Below are positions 13,193 through 27,852 of a DNA stretch of 64,000 nucleotides, in pieces (position 1 is the stretch's first letter; every line of letters begins with the position of its first letter). The DNA is taken from the NCBI GenBank assembly GCA_964016885.1, contig OZ024746.1:4464001-4528000 (forward strand), written 5' to 3'. This DNA is from Eledone cirrhosa (taxonomy: Eukaryota). Made by a program: the position numbers and the translations under genes. Under the pieces are notes generated by a model. It saw only the letters and a program-made list of their open reading frames with translations. It did not search any database and was not told the origin of the DNA.

Positions 13193-13820
13193 TATATATA
13201 TATATATATGTATATATGAGTGTGCTTGTCTATGTGTATGCATGTATGCATGGTTGTGTGTGTGAATCTGCATGCTTGAGTATACGTAAATGTATGTACG
13301 TGTGTGTTGTGTGAGTGTAAAAGTGAAGAAGGCAAAGATAATATATTTATACACACCCATACATAATGATATAGATGTAAATTAATACATGCTCACACAC
13401 ACATACACACAAACACGTGCACATACATGTCCGTGTATGTAAGTCTCAGAAAAATGATATATATGGTTTTTTTAGTGTGAAGTGGGGTTTTCACAAATTC
13501 CATTAGTATAGTGCATATTAATTAGATCTCGTTTATTCATTCCTTTATTCCTGTATTCCGTTCCTATCTTCAACGAAACGATGGCTAATTTAACAGATGA
13601 TCTATTAGATTTACTTTTCACAAAGGACCTGATATCATACAGTGCACAAACCAAGTGACGTTAGCAATAGTTCATGACGTCACTGATACGTCACATGGCT
13701 TCAACACACCAGCGCAAGTTTCTTTCTTTTTCCTTCTGTTTTCCTTTTAGTTTATCTATTAGATCCGATCTGTTTGTGTCTACGTCACCCTTGTTCTATA
13801 CATTTCCCTACTACTACTAA

Positions 13821-14012
13821 TAATTGTTTCTACTTTTGGCACAAGGCCAGCAATTATCCCAGTGCATTACTGGTACTTTATTTTATCAACCCCGTAAGGA
13901 TGAAAAGCAAAGTTAACTTCGGCGAGATTTGAACTCAGATCGTAAAGGGACGTAACTCTATGCTACAAAGCATGGCATCCGACCCTCTACCGATACTGTC
14001 AATCCACCACCC
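13821..14012 (-). mobile_element. SINE family A
   Basis: Full-length match; CTACTACTAATAAT on both flanks. Confidence 0.9.
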
Positions 14013-14087
14013 TACTACTAATAATAATGATTACTATATTATTCGCAATACAATAAATATTATCAACATAGAGTGTGTAATACATGT

Positions 14088-14144
14088 GAGTCTGGACAGA
14101 GTCTGGACAGAGTCTGGACAGAGTCTGGACAGAGTCTGGACAGA
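14088..14144. repeat. 11-bp tandem repeat (TCTGGACAGAG) x about 5
   Basis: Directly visible. Confidence 0.95.
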
Positions 14145-14339
14145 CATTTAGAAGAAAGACAGATTAATTTGATAAAAAACATGAAATATTAAAGTTTTAA
14201 ATTATTATAAAACACACTACTTAACACACGATATGGTATAAAACATAAAAACACAGGCGGGTACACTTATAGAAATGGAGTACAGCCACACGTATAAAAT
14301 CATCTGTATACAGAAAAGGTCACTCTTCTGATTGACAAA

Positions 14340-14620
14340 AAATCACTGATGGACATGCTCCAGCCTATAGCCCACGGACGTTCTGTCTCCTTATTATGCC
14401 TTTTCTATCACCACTACAATAGCCGCTGCACCTTATAGCTACCCTACCTCCTGTTCCCTCCATTTACTTGTCTTCCTTTCATTATCCATATTGTGTCCAG
14501 CGTCTCCCGGTCCTTCGTCTCCCAAGCATTGTGTCTCTGGAATCCTCCCTCTGCACGTATTTTTCCTGCAGAAGTCACCATACAACCATTTAAGCCAAAC
14601 ATAAACAGCATCCATCTCAT
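14340..14620 (+). mobile_element. Decayed CR1/Jockey-group LINE 3' end
   Basis: LQPIAHGRSVSLLCLFYHHYNSRC ... SFVSQALCLWNPPSARIFP...QPFKPNIN resembles the L..L..RR...L.LFY / SF..R...LWN.LP / FK C-terminal motifs. Confidence 0.65.
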
Positions 14621-15399
14621 CAGTCAGAGTCGGCCTTCAAATGTCTTTGACACAGATCTTTTCTCCAGACATAACAAATATAAAACAGATCGAGTGGGTT
14701 TGAATCAATCAACTATATTCACATCTTTATATAAAGTCGACATTTTTTGGAGAATTTGACTTTTTATTTTCTCTTCATATTCAGGCGAGGAAAATGAAAC
14801 AACTCACCAGTAAATACTTAAATGACTTGACTGTTCCACAAGTGAAATGAAACTTTATTTAATTCCTTTTCTTGTCCCAGATCTTTTCCACAAGATATTC
14901 TAGATTTAGCTATCCCAATAAAATACCATGTATCACGAGCTGCATCATACAAAATCTCCTTCATCTTATTTTTTTTATAAGATAGTAGAATGTGACTTCA
15001 GACAGAAGTGGCATTTATTTCTAAAAGGTGAAGAGACCCACCCCTCCATTCTCATGCATTTCATTCTATTTTAAATGGCCCTAATTATACATAACTTCCA
15101 ACATCTTTAACAATAAATGGAAATCGTAGACCTAATCGAAATCTTTAACACAATGAAATCAGGTTGAGGGTTAATCTTTAAACACCTTTAAACATGAAAC
15201 AAAATGAAAGATATAATAGACACCTTGACCCTGATTGTTTCTACTTTAGGCACAAGGCAAGCAATTTAAAGGGAAGTGAAAGTCGATTAAATCGACTCCA
15301 AATAAAACGACATTTATAAGGTTCTATAAATTTATGCATCAAAATAAAAACAAAAACATTTATATAACATAGAATTTCTCAGTCTCACTAGTTTATAAT

Positions 15400-15572
15400 A
15401 TAATAGTTTCTACTTTTGGCACAAGGCCAGCGATTACTCCAGTGCATTACTGGTACTTTATTTTATCGATCTCGTAAGGATGAAAGCCAAAGTTAACCTC
15501 GGCGGATTTGAACTCAGAACACAAAGGGCCAAAACTATGCTGCAAAGCATGGTGTCTGACGCTCTACCGATT
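15400..15572 (-). mobile_element. SINE family A (separate 3' fragment at about 15233-15300)
   Basis: Body and B box match family A. Confidence 0.85.
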
Positions 15573-15912
15573 GGACAAATTACTTTTATCATAATGAAAT
15601 CCATTACAATGGCTTATAAAGTATGCTGTTGAATCAAATATCCTATCAGTGAAAGAATCATTTAATCGTATATTTTAATTGTGTTAATTTATTTTACTGA
15701 TATCAGATTTTACAGATATCATATTTCATACAAAATACTTATTTTAATACAGTTTTACCCGTAAATTTCATATTTTTAGTTTAATTTGTTTAGAAGTTTC
15801 TTTAAGGAAAATTATCATAACACAATTGTTTCAAGTTATTTTAGGTTCTAGGCAACCCGAAATGTAACCCACATACGTATTCGATATACACGGGTCAATT
15901 TACTGACCATAA

Positions 15913-16126
15913 GGAACGATCGACATTCGTCAAATCGGACCGAGGATGCAATGTTTCCATTGGTCTTTCCAATTGCTAATACTATCTATCGGTCGCAACT
16001 CCAGGTAGAAGGAACAACGTGAAGTGACTTGTTCAAGGACATAACGTATCGCCCGGTTCTGGAATCGAACTCACAACCTCACGATTGCGAATCCAATCCT
16101 CTAACCACTCAGCCACACGCCTTCAC
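15913..16126 (-). mobile_element. tRNA-derived CORE-type SINE, family C
   Basis: Reverse B box GGAATCGAAC, reverse A box CTAACCACTCAGCCA, CORE-like GAAGTGACTTGTTCAAGGAC; 15-bp TSD ATTTACTGACCATAA (15898, 16127). Confidence 0.85.
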
Positions 16127-16419
16127 ATTTACTGACCATAAAATATCTATATTATAAATAAATTGATAGGATACATATCAGATAAATCTGTGTTCAGTTG
16201 TTGGTTTCAGAAGGACAGGGTATGGTTTAGTTAGAAGCGAAAGAGCAGTACGAAAGAGTTCTTAAATGACAGTCTTGAGGTTGTCTGATATGTGGTTGAG
16301 GAATTTGAGAACAAAGCTTTTCCTGACAAGCGAAAATGAAAGAATTAAGAAATCAAATGGGTATGAGCCCCCACACACGTGTTAAGTTTCATCAAGATCG
16401 GTTTGGTAGTTTATTAATT

Positions 16420-16642
<223 letters not shown>

Positions 16643-16644
16643 CC

Positions 16645-16790
16645 ATTTCGCAGGGACTATACAACGTCGAGTAGAATGGTTTACCGCATTCGTTCCGACT
16701 CCACTCTTTGAGTTCAAATCCTGCCGAGATCAATTTATCTTTCATCTTTTGGAGGTCGATAAAAAAATAGTACCAGTCTAGTACTGGGTC
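16645..16790 (+). mobile_element. Diverged SINE related to family A (different head)
   Basis: GAGTTCAAATCCTGCCGAG...TTTCATCTTTTGGAGGTCGATAAAA..AGTACCAGT. Confidence 0.75.
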
Positions 16791-17035
16791 GGTTCTTCCA
16801 CTATAACTCCTTCTCGCACTTCCATTCTCTCACTCTCTATTCTTCTCTGGAAGAAATCTGTTGTATTTAGACTTTTCAAAATATCCTAGAAATGTCCTTT
16901 GTCACTACGGCGCCCCTAAGAATATATCCGAAGTTACGAAATTATGGAAAAAGAAACACACACACACACAGATATATATAGATATAATGTATGTGAATGT
17001 GCGTATATGAGTGTGCGTATGTGTATGTGTGTATT

Positions 17036-17116
<81 letters not shown>

Positions 17117-17398
17117 TTGTCTGTCCGTGTATTTCTCTAGTTTAATTATTTCCTGATATCTTTCGTAAGATCTAAAGACATCTCAGACAAGCATCTATTA
17201 CGAGAGTCCAGTCGCCTTTCATTTTGTAACTATAAAGGATGAAAACAAAATAAATGACTATAGGCGAAATATATTTATTAGTGAATAGTTACCGAAACGA
17301 CATATTATTGCTGGTGCTAAATTATCAAAACGGTGGTTGATTTAGTCAAGGTCAATAACCCTCAATAAAATTGCCAGTCAACCTGCAAGTATTGCTGT

Positions 17399-17400
<2 letters not shown>

Positions 17401-17475
<75 letters not shown>
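17401..17475. repeat. (GA)n microsatellite
   Basis: Directly visible. Confidence 0.95.
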
Positions 17476-17478
<3 letters not shown>

Positions 17479-18180
17479 CGTCTAATACCCTTAACGGGTT
17501 GTGTGCTCAACGAACCTCTAATAACACTACCACCACCACCACAACCACCACCACTGTTAGTAACTAAAGAAGAGAAGTAAAACCAGTCAACTTGATAGAG
17601 AACGACAAATACACAAGCTTAACGTTTGATGACAACACTTAACAAGATGATACTATGTTTGCATACAATGATGCTTTCGTTCAAACATTAAGTTGGTGAA
17701 AACTAATGCAATAGTCGCCAGATTAAACAGTTTTCTGGGGATACGTATTGCTATAGAAATCGTTAATAATAATTTAATTCATCTTACTAGCTTTTCTGGT
17801 TGCTTTTCCTACGTTTCGTTTTTCTTTTGTAATGAAATATATAACATAATGATTAACCTGAAGACTCTAGAGAAACAGCCACTTGCTTCTCTAATTACAT
17901 GGACATGTCTAGAAAGGAGGCAGTTAGAAGACTAAGATCATTTTGCTGGAGAGAAGATGAATCAATTGTAGGACAATTGGTGCTTTGTTGATGCATACTT
18001 TCAGGGATGGCTGCTTTACAAACGAAACTCATTGTAAAAGGGTTCAGATTTTATAACAACCTGCAGCAAAGATTTCTCTGCAGGAAAAAATGTGTCAACT
18101 GAAGAAAACGACTTCAACTTGGTTATCAAACAAAACACATTTCGTAACCTTTAGTGCATGTCTGCAAGATTCCTGCCAAA

Positions 18181-18257
18181 TCTTCTTCTTCTTCTTCTTC
18201 TTCTTCTTCTTCTTCTTCTTCTTCTTCTTCTTCTTCTTCTTCTTCTTCTTCTTCTTC
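18181..18257. repeat. (TTC)n microsatellite
   Basis: Directly visible. Confidence 0.95.
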
Positions 18258-18342
18258 CACTTATACCTGAGAGGGTCGTGGGGGTTCAGTTTTGACTTCT
18301 GAATATATACATATATTATACATATATTATACATATATTATC

Positions 18343-18515
18343 GGCAGTATCGGTAGAGGGTCGGACGCCATGCTTTGACGCATAGAGTTACGACCCTTGC
18401 CATTCTGAGTTCAAATCCCGCCGAGGTCAACTTTGCTTTTCATCCTTACGGGGTCGATAAAATAAAGTACCAGTACTGGGTAATTGCTGGCCTTGTGCCA
18501 AAAGTAGAAACAATT
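18343..18515 (+). mobile_element. SINE family A
   Basis: Match to family; TTATACATATAT repeats on both flanks. Confidence 0.9.
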
Positions 18516-18854
18516 ATACATATATTATACATATATTATACATATATTATCAGATACGTTTTGTAAGCTGGGACTCCCTAAATTAATTAAACATGCACAA
18601 ACAAAATGGAATCTGTGTTCCGTACGAGAATATTTATTTTCCAGTAGAAGAGACTACGTTATTGTGTGGGTTCAGTAAATTACATTTACGTAATTTTTCT
18701 ACCGTCGACAGATGGCGCTGACTCCATCTAAACTAAGAATACAGAGAAACGAAACGAAATTGCTGCAATCATTTTCATCATCTAAGTTAATTCTGATTCC
18801 ATTAATATTTGTAGCCCTAAATTCCAGTTAGAGGCTGATAAGTTGTGATCTTAA

Positions 18855-19042
18855 TAATGGTTTATACTTTTGGCACAAGGCCAGCAATTACCCAGTACAT
18901 TACTGGTTCTTTATCTTATCGACTCCGTAAGGATGAAAGGCACAGTTAACCACGACGGGATTTGAATTCAGACCTTAAAGGGACGTAACTATGCTGGAAA
19001 GCATGGCGTCCGACCCTCTACCGATACTGCCACTCCACCGCC
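18855..19042 (-). mobile_element. SINE family A
   Basis: Full-length reverse match. Confidence 0.9.
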
Positions 19043-19165
19043 ATTGAGACCTTAATAGTGTAAGTGAAAACTAACTGATTTCCATCAATGGTTGAATCTA
19101 CGACACCATAGAGATTTCCTCTTCTATCGCACTTGACATATTAGTTTCATCGCAATGGTTAGAGA

Positions 19166-19262
19166 CAGGCTGTCCCAACAAAATGCGCAATTTGATTACC
19201 TGTTCAGGCAATATTTATTAGAATACTTTTGAAGTGTGTTTACATTATTTGGAGACACCCTG
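19166..19262. mobile_element. Tc1/mariner-type MITE, diverged
   Basis: CAGGCTGTCCCAA...TTGGAGACACCCTG-TA; same family as 62503 and 63349. Confidence 0.65.
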
Positions 19263-19486
19263 TATACACCTACGGGGGAAAATGAGATTTTGAGACCATC
19301 ATTGTGTTATAAAAGTTCTTAAAGACGTTAGTGAAAAGAATGGTCCTCAACAAGTACTTGAAACTGTGTCACCATATTTAGAGGTAAACAGTTGATATCT
19401 TAACTCTCATTAAAGTAATTAATATGCAACAGATACTACATAATCCTTTTATTATTGTTTTGTCTGCTTCTTATATTATAAACATG

Positions 19487-19526
19487 TGTTGTTGCTGTTG
19501 TTGTTGTTGTTATTATGTTGACATAG

Positions 19527-19565
<39 letters not shown>

Positions 19566-22500
19566 GAGAGTTACCGCTATTGTTGTTGTTGTTGTTATGT
19601 TGACATAGTGATGATGATGGGAGAGTTACCGCTATTGTTGTTGTTGTTGTTGTTGTTGTTGTTATGTTGACATAGTGATGATGGGAGAGTTACCGCTATT
19701 GTTGTTGTTGTTGTTATGTTAACATAGTGATGATGATGGGAGAGTTACCGCTATTGTTGTTGTTGTTGTTGTTGTTATGTTGACATAGTGATGATGATGG
19801 GAGAGTTACCGCTATTGTTGTTGTTGTTGTTATGTTGACATAGTGATGATGGGAGAGTTACCGCTATTGTTGTTGTTGTTGTTATGTTGACATAGTGATG
19901 ATGATGGGAGAGTTACCACTATTGTTGTTGTTGTTGTTATGTTGACATAGTGATGATGATAATGGGAGAGTTACCGCTATTGTTGTTGTTGTTGTTATGT
20001 TGACATAGTGATGATGGGAGAGTTACCGCTATTGTTGTTGTTGTTGTTGTTATGTTGACATATTGATGATGGGAGAGTTACCGCTATTGTTGTTGTTGTT
20101 GTTATGTTGACATAGTGATGATGGGAGAGTTACCGCTGTTGTTGTTGTTGTTATGTTGACATAATGATGATGGGAGAGTTACCGCTGTTGTTGTTGTTGT
20201 TGTTATGTTGACATAGTGATGATGATAATGGGAGAGTTACCGCTATTGTTGTTGTTGTTGTTATGTTGACATAGTGATGATGGGAGAGTTACCGCTATTG
20301 TTGTTGTTGTTGTTGTTATGTTGACATATTGATGATGGGAGAGTTACCGCTATTGTTGTTGTTGTTGTTGTTATGTTGACATAGTGATGATGGGAGAGTT
20401 ACCGCTATTGTTGTTGTTGTTGTTATGTTGACATAGTGATGATGGGAGAGTTACCGCTATTGTTGTTGTTGTTGTTGTTATGTTGACATATTGATGATGG
20501 GAGAGTTACCGCTGTTGTTGTTGTTGTTATGTTGACATAGTGATGATGGGAGAGTTACCGCTGTTGTTGTTGTTGTTATGTTGACATAATGATGATGGGA
20601 GAGTTACCGCTGTTGTTGTTGTTGTTGTTATGTTGACATAGTGATGATGGGAGAGTTACCGCTGTTGTTGTTGTTGTTATGTTGACATAGTGATGATGGG
20701 AGAGTTACCGCTGTTGTTGTTATGTTGACATAGTGATGATGGGAGAGTTACCGCTGTTGTTGTTGTTGTTATGTTGACATAGTGATGATGGGAGAGTTAC
20801 CGCTGTTGTTGTTGTTGTTGTTGTTATGTTGACATAGTGATGATGGGAGAGTTACCGCTGTTGTTGTTGTTGTTGTTATGTTGACATAGTGATGATGGGA
20901 GAGTTACCGCTGTTGTTGTTGTTGTTATGTTGACATAGTGATGATGGGAGAGTTACCGCTGTTGTTGTTGTTGTTGTTATGTTGACATAGTGATGATGGG
21001 AGAGTTACCGCTATTGTTGTTGTTGTTGTGTTGACATAGTGATGATGGGAGAGTTACCGCTGTTGTTGTTGTTGTTGTTATGTTGACATAGTGATGATGG
21101 GAGAGTTACCGCTGTTGTTGTTGTTGTTATGTTGACATAGTGATGATGGGAGAGTTACCGCTGTTGTTGTTGTTGTTGTTATGTTGACATAGTGATGATG
21201 GGAGAGTTACCGCTGTTGTTGTTGTTGTTGTTATGTTGACATAGTGATGATGGGAGAGTTACCGCTGTTGTTATTGTTGTTGTTATGTTGACATAGTGAT
21301 GATGGGAGAGTTACCGCTGTTGTTGTTGTTGTTGTTATGTTGACATAGTGATGATGGGAGAGTTACCGCTGTTGTTGTTGTTGTTGTTATGTTGACATAG
21401 TGATGATGGGAGAGTTACCGCTATTGTTGTTGTTGTTGTTACGTTGACATAGTGATGGTGGGAGAGTTACCGCTGTTGTTGTTGTTGTTATGTTGACATA
21501 GTGATGATGGGAGAGTTACCGCTATTGTTGTTGTTGTTGTTATGTTGACATAGTGATGATGGGAGAGTTACCGCTGTTGTTGTTGTTGTTATGTTGACAT
21601 AGTGATGATGGGAGAGTTACCGCTGTTGTTGTTGTTGTTGTTATGTTGACATAGTGATGATGGGAGAGTTACCGCTATTGTTGTTGTTGTTGTTACGTTG
21701 ACATAGTGATGGTGGGAGAGTTACCGCTGTTGTTGTTGTTGTTATGTTGACATAGTGATGATGGGAGAGTTACCGCTATTGTTGTTGTTGTTGTTATGTT
21801 GACATAGTGATGATGGGAGAGTTACCGCTGTTGTTGTTGTTGTTATGTTGACATAGTGATGATGGGAGAGTTACCGCTGTTGTTGTTGTTGTTGTTATGT
21901 TGACATAGTGATGATGGGAGAGTTACCGCTATTGTTGTTGTTGTTGTTACGTTGACATAGTGATGGTGGGAGAGTTACCGCTGTTGTTGTTGTTGTTATG
22001 TTGACATAGTGATGATGGGAGAGTTACCGCTATTGTTGTTGTTGTTGTTATGTTGACATAGTGATGATGGGAGAGTTACCGCTGTTGTTGTTGTTGTTAT
22101 GTTGACATAGTGATGATGGGAGAGTTACCGCTGTTGTTGTTGTTGTTGTTGTTATGTTGACATAGTGATGATGGGAGAGTTACCGCTGTTGTTGTTGTTG
22201 TTGTTATGTTGACATAGTGATGATGGGAGAGTTACCGCTGTTGTTGTTGTTATTGTTATGTTGACATAGTGATGATGATGGGAGAGTTACCGCTGTTGTT
22301 GTTGTTGTTGTTATGTTGACATAGTGATGATGGGAGAGTTACCGCTGTTGTTGTTGTTGTTATGTTGACATAGTGATGATGGGAGAGTTACCGCTGTTGT
22401 TGTTGTTGTTGTTATGTTGACATAGTGATGATGGGAGAGTTACCGCTGTTGTTGTTGTTGTTATGTTGACATAATGATGATGGGAGAGTTACCGCTGTTG

Positions 22501-24075
22501 TTGTTGTTGTTGTTATGTTGACATAGTGATGATGGGAGAGTTACCGCTGTTGTTGTTGTTGTTATGTTGACATAGTGATGATGGGATAGTTACCGCTGTT
22601 GTTGTTGTTGTTGTTATGTTGACATAGTGATGATGGGAGAGTTACCGCTGTTGTTATTGTTGTTGTTATGTTGACATAGTGATGATGGGAGAGTTACCGC
22701 TGTTGTTGTTGTTGTTGTTGTTATGTTGACATAGTGATGATGGGAGAGTTACCGCTGTTGTTGTTGTTGTTGTTATGTTGACATAGTGATGATGGGAGAG
22801 TTACCGTTATTGTTGTTGTTGTTGTTACGTTGACATAGTGATGATGGGAGAGTTACCGCTATTGTTGTTGTTGTTGTTATGTTGACATAGTGATGATGGG
22901 AGAGTTACCGCTGTTGTTGTTGTTCTTATGTTGACATAGTGATGATGGGAGAGTTACCGCTGTTGTTGTTGTTCTTATGTTGACATAGTGATGATGGGAG
23001 AGTTACCGCTGTTGTTGTTGTTGTTGTTATGTTGACATAGTGATGATGGGAGAGTTACCGCTGTTGTTGTTGTTGTTGTTATGTTGACATAGTGATGATG
23101 GGAGAGTTACCGCTGTTGTTGTTGTTGTTGTTATGTTGACATAGTGATGATGGGAGAGTTACCGCTGTTGTTGTTGTTGTTGTTATGTTGACATAGTGAT
23201 GATGGGAGAGTTACCGCTGTTGTTGTTGTTGTTGTTATGTTGACATAGTGATGATGGGAGAGTTACCGCTGTTGTTGTTGTTGTTATGTTGACATAGTGA
23301 TGATGGGAGAGTTACCGCTGTTGTTGTTGTTGTTGTTATGTTGACATAGTGATGATGGGAGAGTTACCGCTGTTGTTGTTGTTGTTGTTATGTTGACATA
23401 GTGATGATGGGAGAGTTACCGCTGTTGTTGTTGTTGTTGTTATGTTGACATAGTGATGATGATGGGAGAGTTACCGGTATTGTTGTTGTTGTTGTTATGT
23501 TGACATAGTGATGATGATGATGAGAGAGTTACCGCTATTGTTGTTGTTGTTATGTTGACATAGTGACGATGATGGGAGAGTTACCGCTATTGTTGTTGTT
23601 GTTGTTATGTTGACATAGTGATGATGGGAGAGTTACCACTGTTGTTGTTGTTGTTGTTATGTTGACATAGTGATGATGATGGGAGAGTTACCGCTATTGT
23701 TGTTGTTGTTGTTATGTTGACATAGTGATGATGGGAGAGTTACCGCTATTGTTGTTGTTGTTGTTATGTTGACATAGTGATGATGGGAGAGTTACCGCTA
23801 TTGTTGTTGTTGTTGTTGTTATGTTGACATAGTGATGATGGGAGAGTTACCGCTATTGTTGTTGTTGTTGTTGTTATGTTGACATAGTGATGATGGGAGA
23901 GTTACCGCTATTGTTGTTGTTGTTGTTATGTTGACATAGTGATGATGGGAGAGTTACCGCTATTGTTGTTGTTGTTGTTATGTTGACATAGTGATGATGG
24001 GAGAGTTACCACTGTTGTTGTTGTTGTTGTTATGTTGACATAGTGATGATGATGATGGGAGAGTTACCACTGTTG
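19487..24075. repeat. Minisatellite, unit mostly 49-52 bp, roughly 90 copies
   Basis: ATGTTGACATAGTGATGATGGGAGAGTTACCGCT(ATT)(GTT)n; length varies by triplet slippage. Confidence 0.97.
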
Positions 24076-24159
24076 CACTATTCCAAATGTCATCAAGTGA
24101 CTTTGGAATAGTTGAAAAGGTTTGTGAAAGACAAAAAAACATAAATTCTTGTTTCGTTT

Positions 24160-25810
24160 TACACACACATACATACACTTCTACACACATACATACACTT
24201 CTACACACATACATACACTTCCACACACATACATACACTTCCACACACATACATACACTTCTACACACATACATACACTTCTACACACATACATACACTT
24301 CCACACACATACATACACTTCCACACACATACATACACTTCTACACACATACATACACTTCCACACACATACATACACTTCCACACACATACATACACTT
24401 CTACACACATACATACACTTCTACACACATACATACACTTCTACACACATACATACACTTCCACACACATACATACACTTCCACACACATACATACACTT
24501 CTAGACACATACATACACTTCTACACACATACATACACTTCCACACACATACATACACTTCTACACACATACATACACTTCCTCACACATACATACACTT
24601 CCACGCACATACATACACTTCCACACACATATATACACTTCCACACACATACATACACTTCTACACACATACCTACACTTATACACACATACATACACTT
24701 CCACACACATACATACACTTCCACACACATACATACACTTCCACACACATACATACACTTCTACACACATACCTACACTTCTACACACATACCTACACTT
24801 CCACACACATATATACACTTCCACACACATACATACACTTCTACACACATACCTACACTTCTACACACATACCTACACTTCTACACACATACATACACTT
24901 CTAGACACATACATACACTTCCACACACATACATACACTTCTACACACATACATACACTTCTACACACATACATACACTTCAACACACATACATACACTT
25001 CTACACACATATATACACTTATACACACATACATACACTCCCACACACATACATACACTTCCACACACATACATACACTTTCACACACACACATACACTT
25101 CCACACACATACATACACTTCCACACGCATACATACACTTCTACACACATACATACACTTCTACACACATACACTTATACACACATACATACACTTCCAC
25201 ACACATACATACACTTCCACACACATACATACACTTCTACACACATACATACACTTCTACACACATACATACACTTCTACATACATACATACACTTCCAC
25301 ACACATACATCCACTTCTAGACACATACATACACTTCCACACACATACATACACTTCTACACACATACACTTCTACACACATACATACACTTCCACACAC
25401 ATACATACACTTCTACACACATACGTTCACTTCCACACACATACATATACGTCTGCACACATACATACACTTCCACACACATACATACATTTCTACACAG
25501 ATACATACACTTCTACACACATACACTTATACACACATACATACACTTCCACACACATACATACACTTCCACACACATACATACACTTCTACACGCATAC
25601 ATACACTTCTGCACACATACATACATTTCTACACACATACATACACTTCTACACACATACGTTCACTTCCACACACATACACTTCCACACACATACATAT
25701 ACGTCTGCACGCATACATACATTTCTCCACATACATACACTTCTGCACACATACATACATTTCTACACATACATACACTTCTACACACACACATACATAC
25801 ACGCACAGAC
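24160..25810. repeat. 20-bp minisatellite ACACACATACATACACTTC(C/T)
   Basis: Exact 20-bp period, degenerating rightwards. Confidence 0.97.
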
Positions 25811-26880
25811 TTAAATATAGTAACATACACATGCACACATCCTAACTTTTACATACATACGCACTATCAATCAAACAAAATGCACTCATAAACACCTTAT
25901 TACCTTTTACAAGACAAACACACACGTTTATAAATTATATATATATATGTGTGCGTGTGTGCATGTGTGTGTTGAAATTCACAAATACGTGGACATAAAT
26001 ACTTGCACATTTCTTCAAAAGTTCCCTCACAAACACACAAACACACCTTTTCTTTTATTGTCTAACCCACTACCCCATCCACCTCACACATATACAGGCA
26101 CATACAGACACATACAGACACATACAGACACATACAGACATACACATATATACACATATATATATACACACACACACATACTACAAAACACAGAAAAGAA
26201 GAAACACAAGAGGATTTAGATAGATTAGTGTGGTTTTGATAGAAGTTCTAATTCCTGTGTCATGGTATTGTCTTGCCATTGTGCAACTTATAGTTTGTCG
26301 ATCACTTTCGCAGAGAATCGATTGGTCATCAAATAAAAATCGCATTTATAATGAACCACTTGAAAGGAGCAGATTAAAGGATTAGCAGCTCGACATCAAT
26401 GCTCACTAAGGAGATATAATGAAAATAAATAGCTTCCAAACAAGCAACATTTAACCGTTTCTTTCATTCTACATAACTCTCCTTCCCCATCGTTTCCGAC
26501 ATTTTTTAGTTGTCTTTTCTTACCTCCTTGCTCTCTTTCGTTCTTTCTTTCTTTTTTTCTTTCTCTCTTTCTTTCTGTACTCTTTTCTTTCTTTCTATTT
26601 TCTATGTTCTGTGCTCTCTACCACACTCTCATTATCTCGCACGTACACATACACACACATACACACACATACACACACGTACACACACGTACACACACGT
26701 ACAGACACATACACACACGTACACACACATATACACATGTACACACGCATATACACACATACACACACATACACGCACGTCCATACACGTACACACACGT
26801 ACACACACGTACAAACACACTCTCTTCCTTTCTCTGAAGCAGAAAAGGAATATATACAAATTATATATTATTATATATTA

Positions 26881-27050
26881 ATCGGTAGAGGGTCGGACGC
26901 CATGCTTTCCAGCATAGTTACGTCCCTTTACGATCTGAGTTCAAATCCCGCCGAGGTTGACTTTGCCTTTCATCCTTACGGGGTCGATAAAATAAAGTAC
27001 CAGTAATGAACTGGGTATTTGCTGGCCTTGTGCCTAAAGTAGAAACAATT
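26881..27050 (+). mobile_element. SINE family A, slightly 5'-truncated
   Basis: Match to family. Confidence 0.9.
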
Positions 27051-27127
27051 ATATATTATATATGTACAAAATATATTTTGTACACCACACCCGCACAAAT
27101 ACCCGTATATCCACAAATGTTTACATA

Positions 27128-27852
<725 letters not shown>

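Noticed and set aside
18700-18722. CTCF-like AGATGGCGCTG (also GGTGGCGCTG near 53172)
   Set aside because: Only the half motif matches; too short to support
19487-24075. CRISPR-like constant repeat with variable spacer
   Set aside because: The variable part is only (GTT)n length; no unique spacers, no cas genes, eukaryotic context
24087-25814. 575-aa His/Thr/Tyr ORF
   Set aside because: 20-bp unit is not a multiple of three and cycles through frames; stop-free by composition
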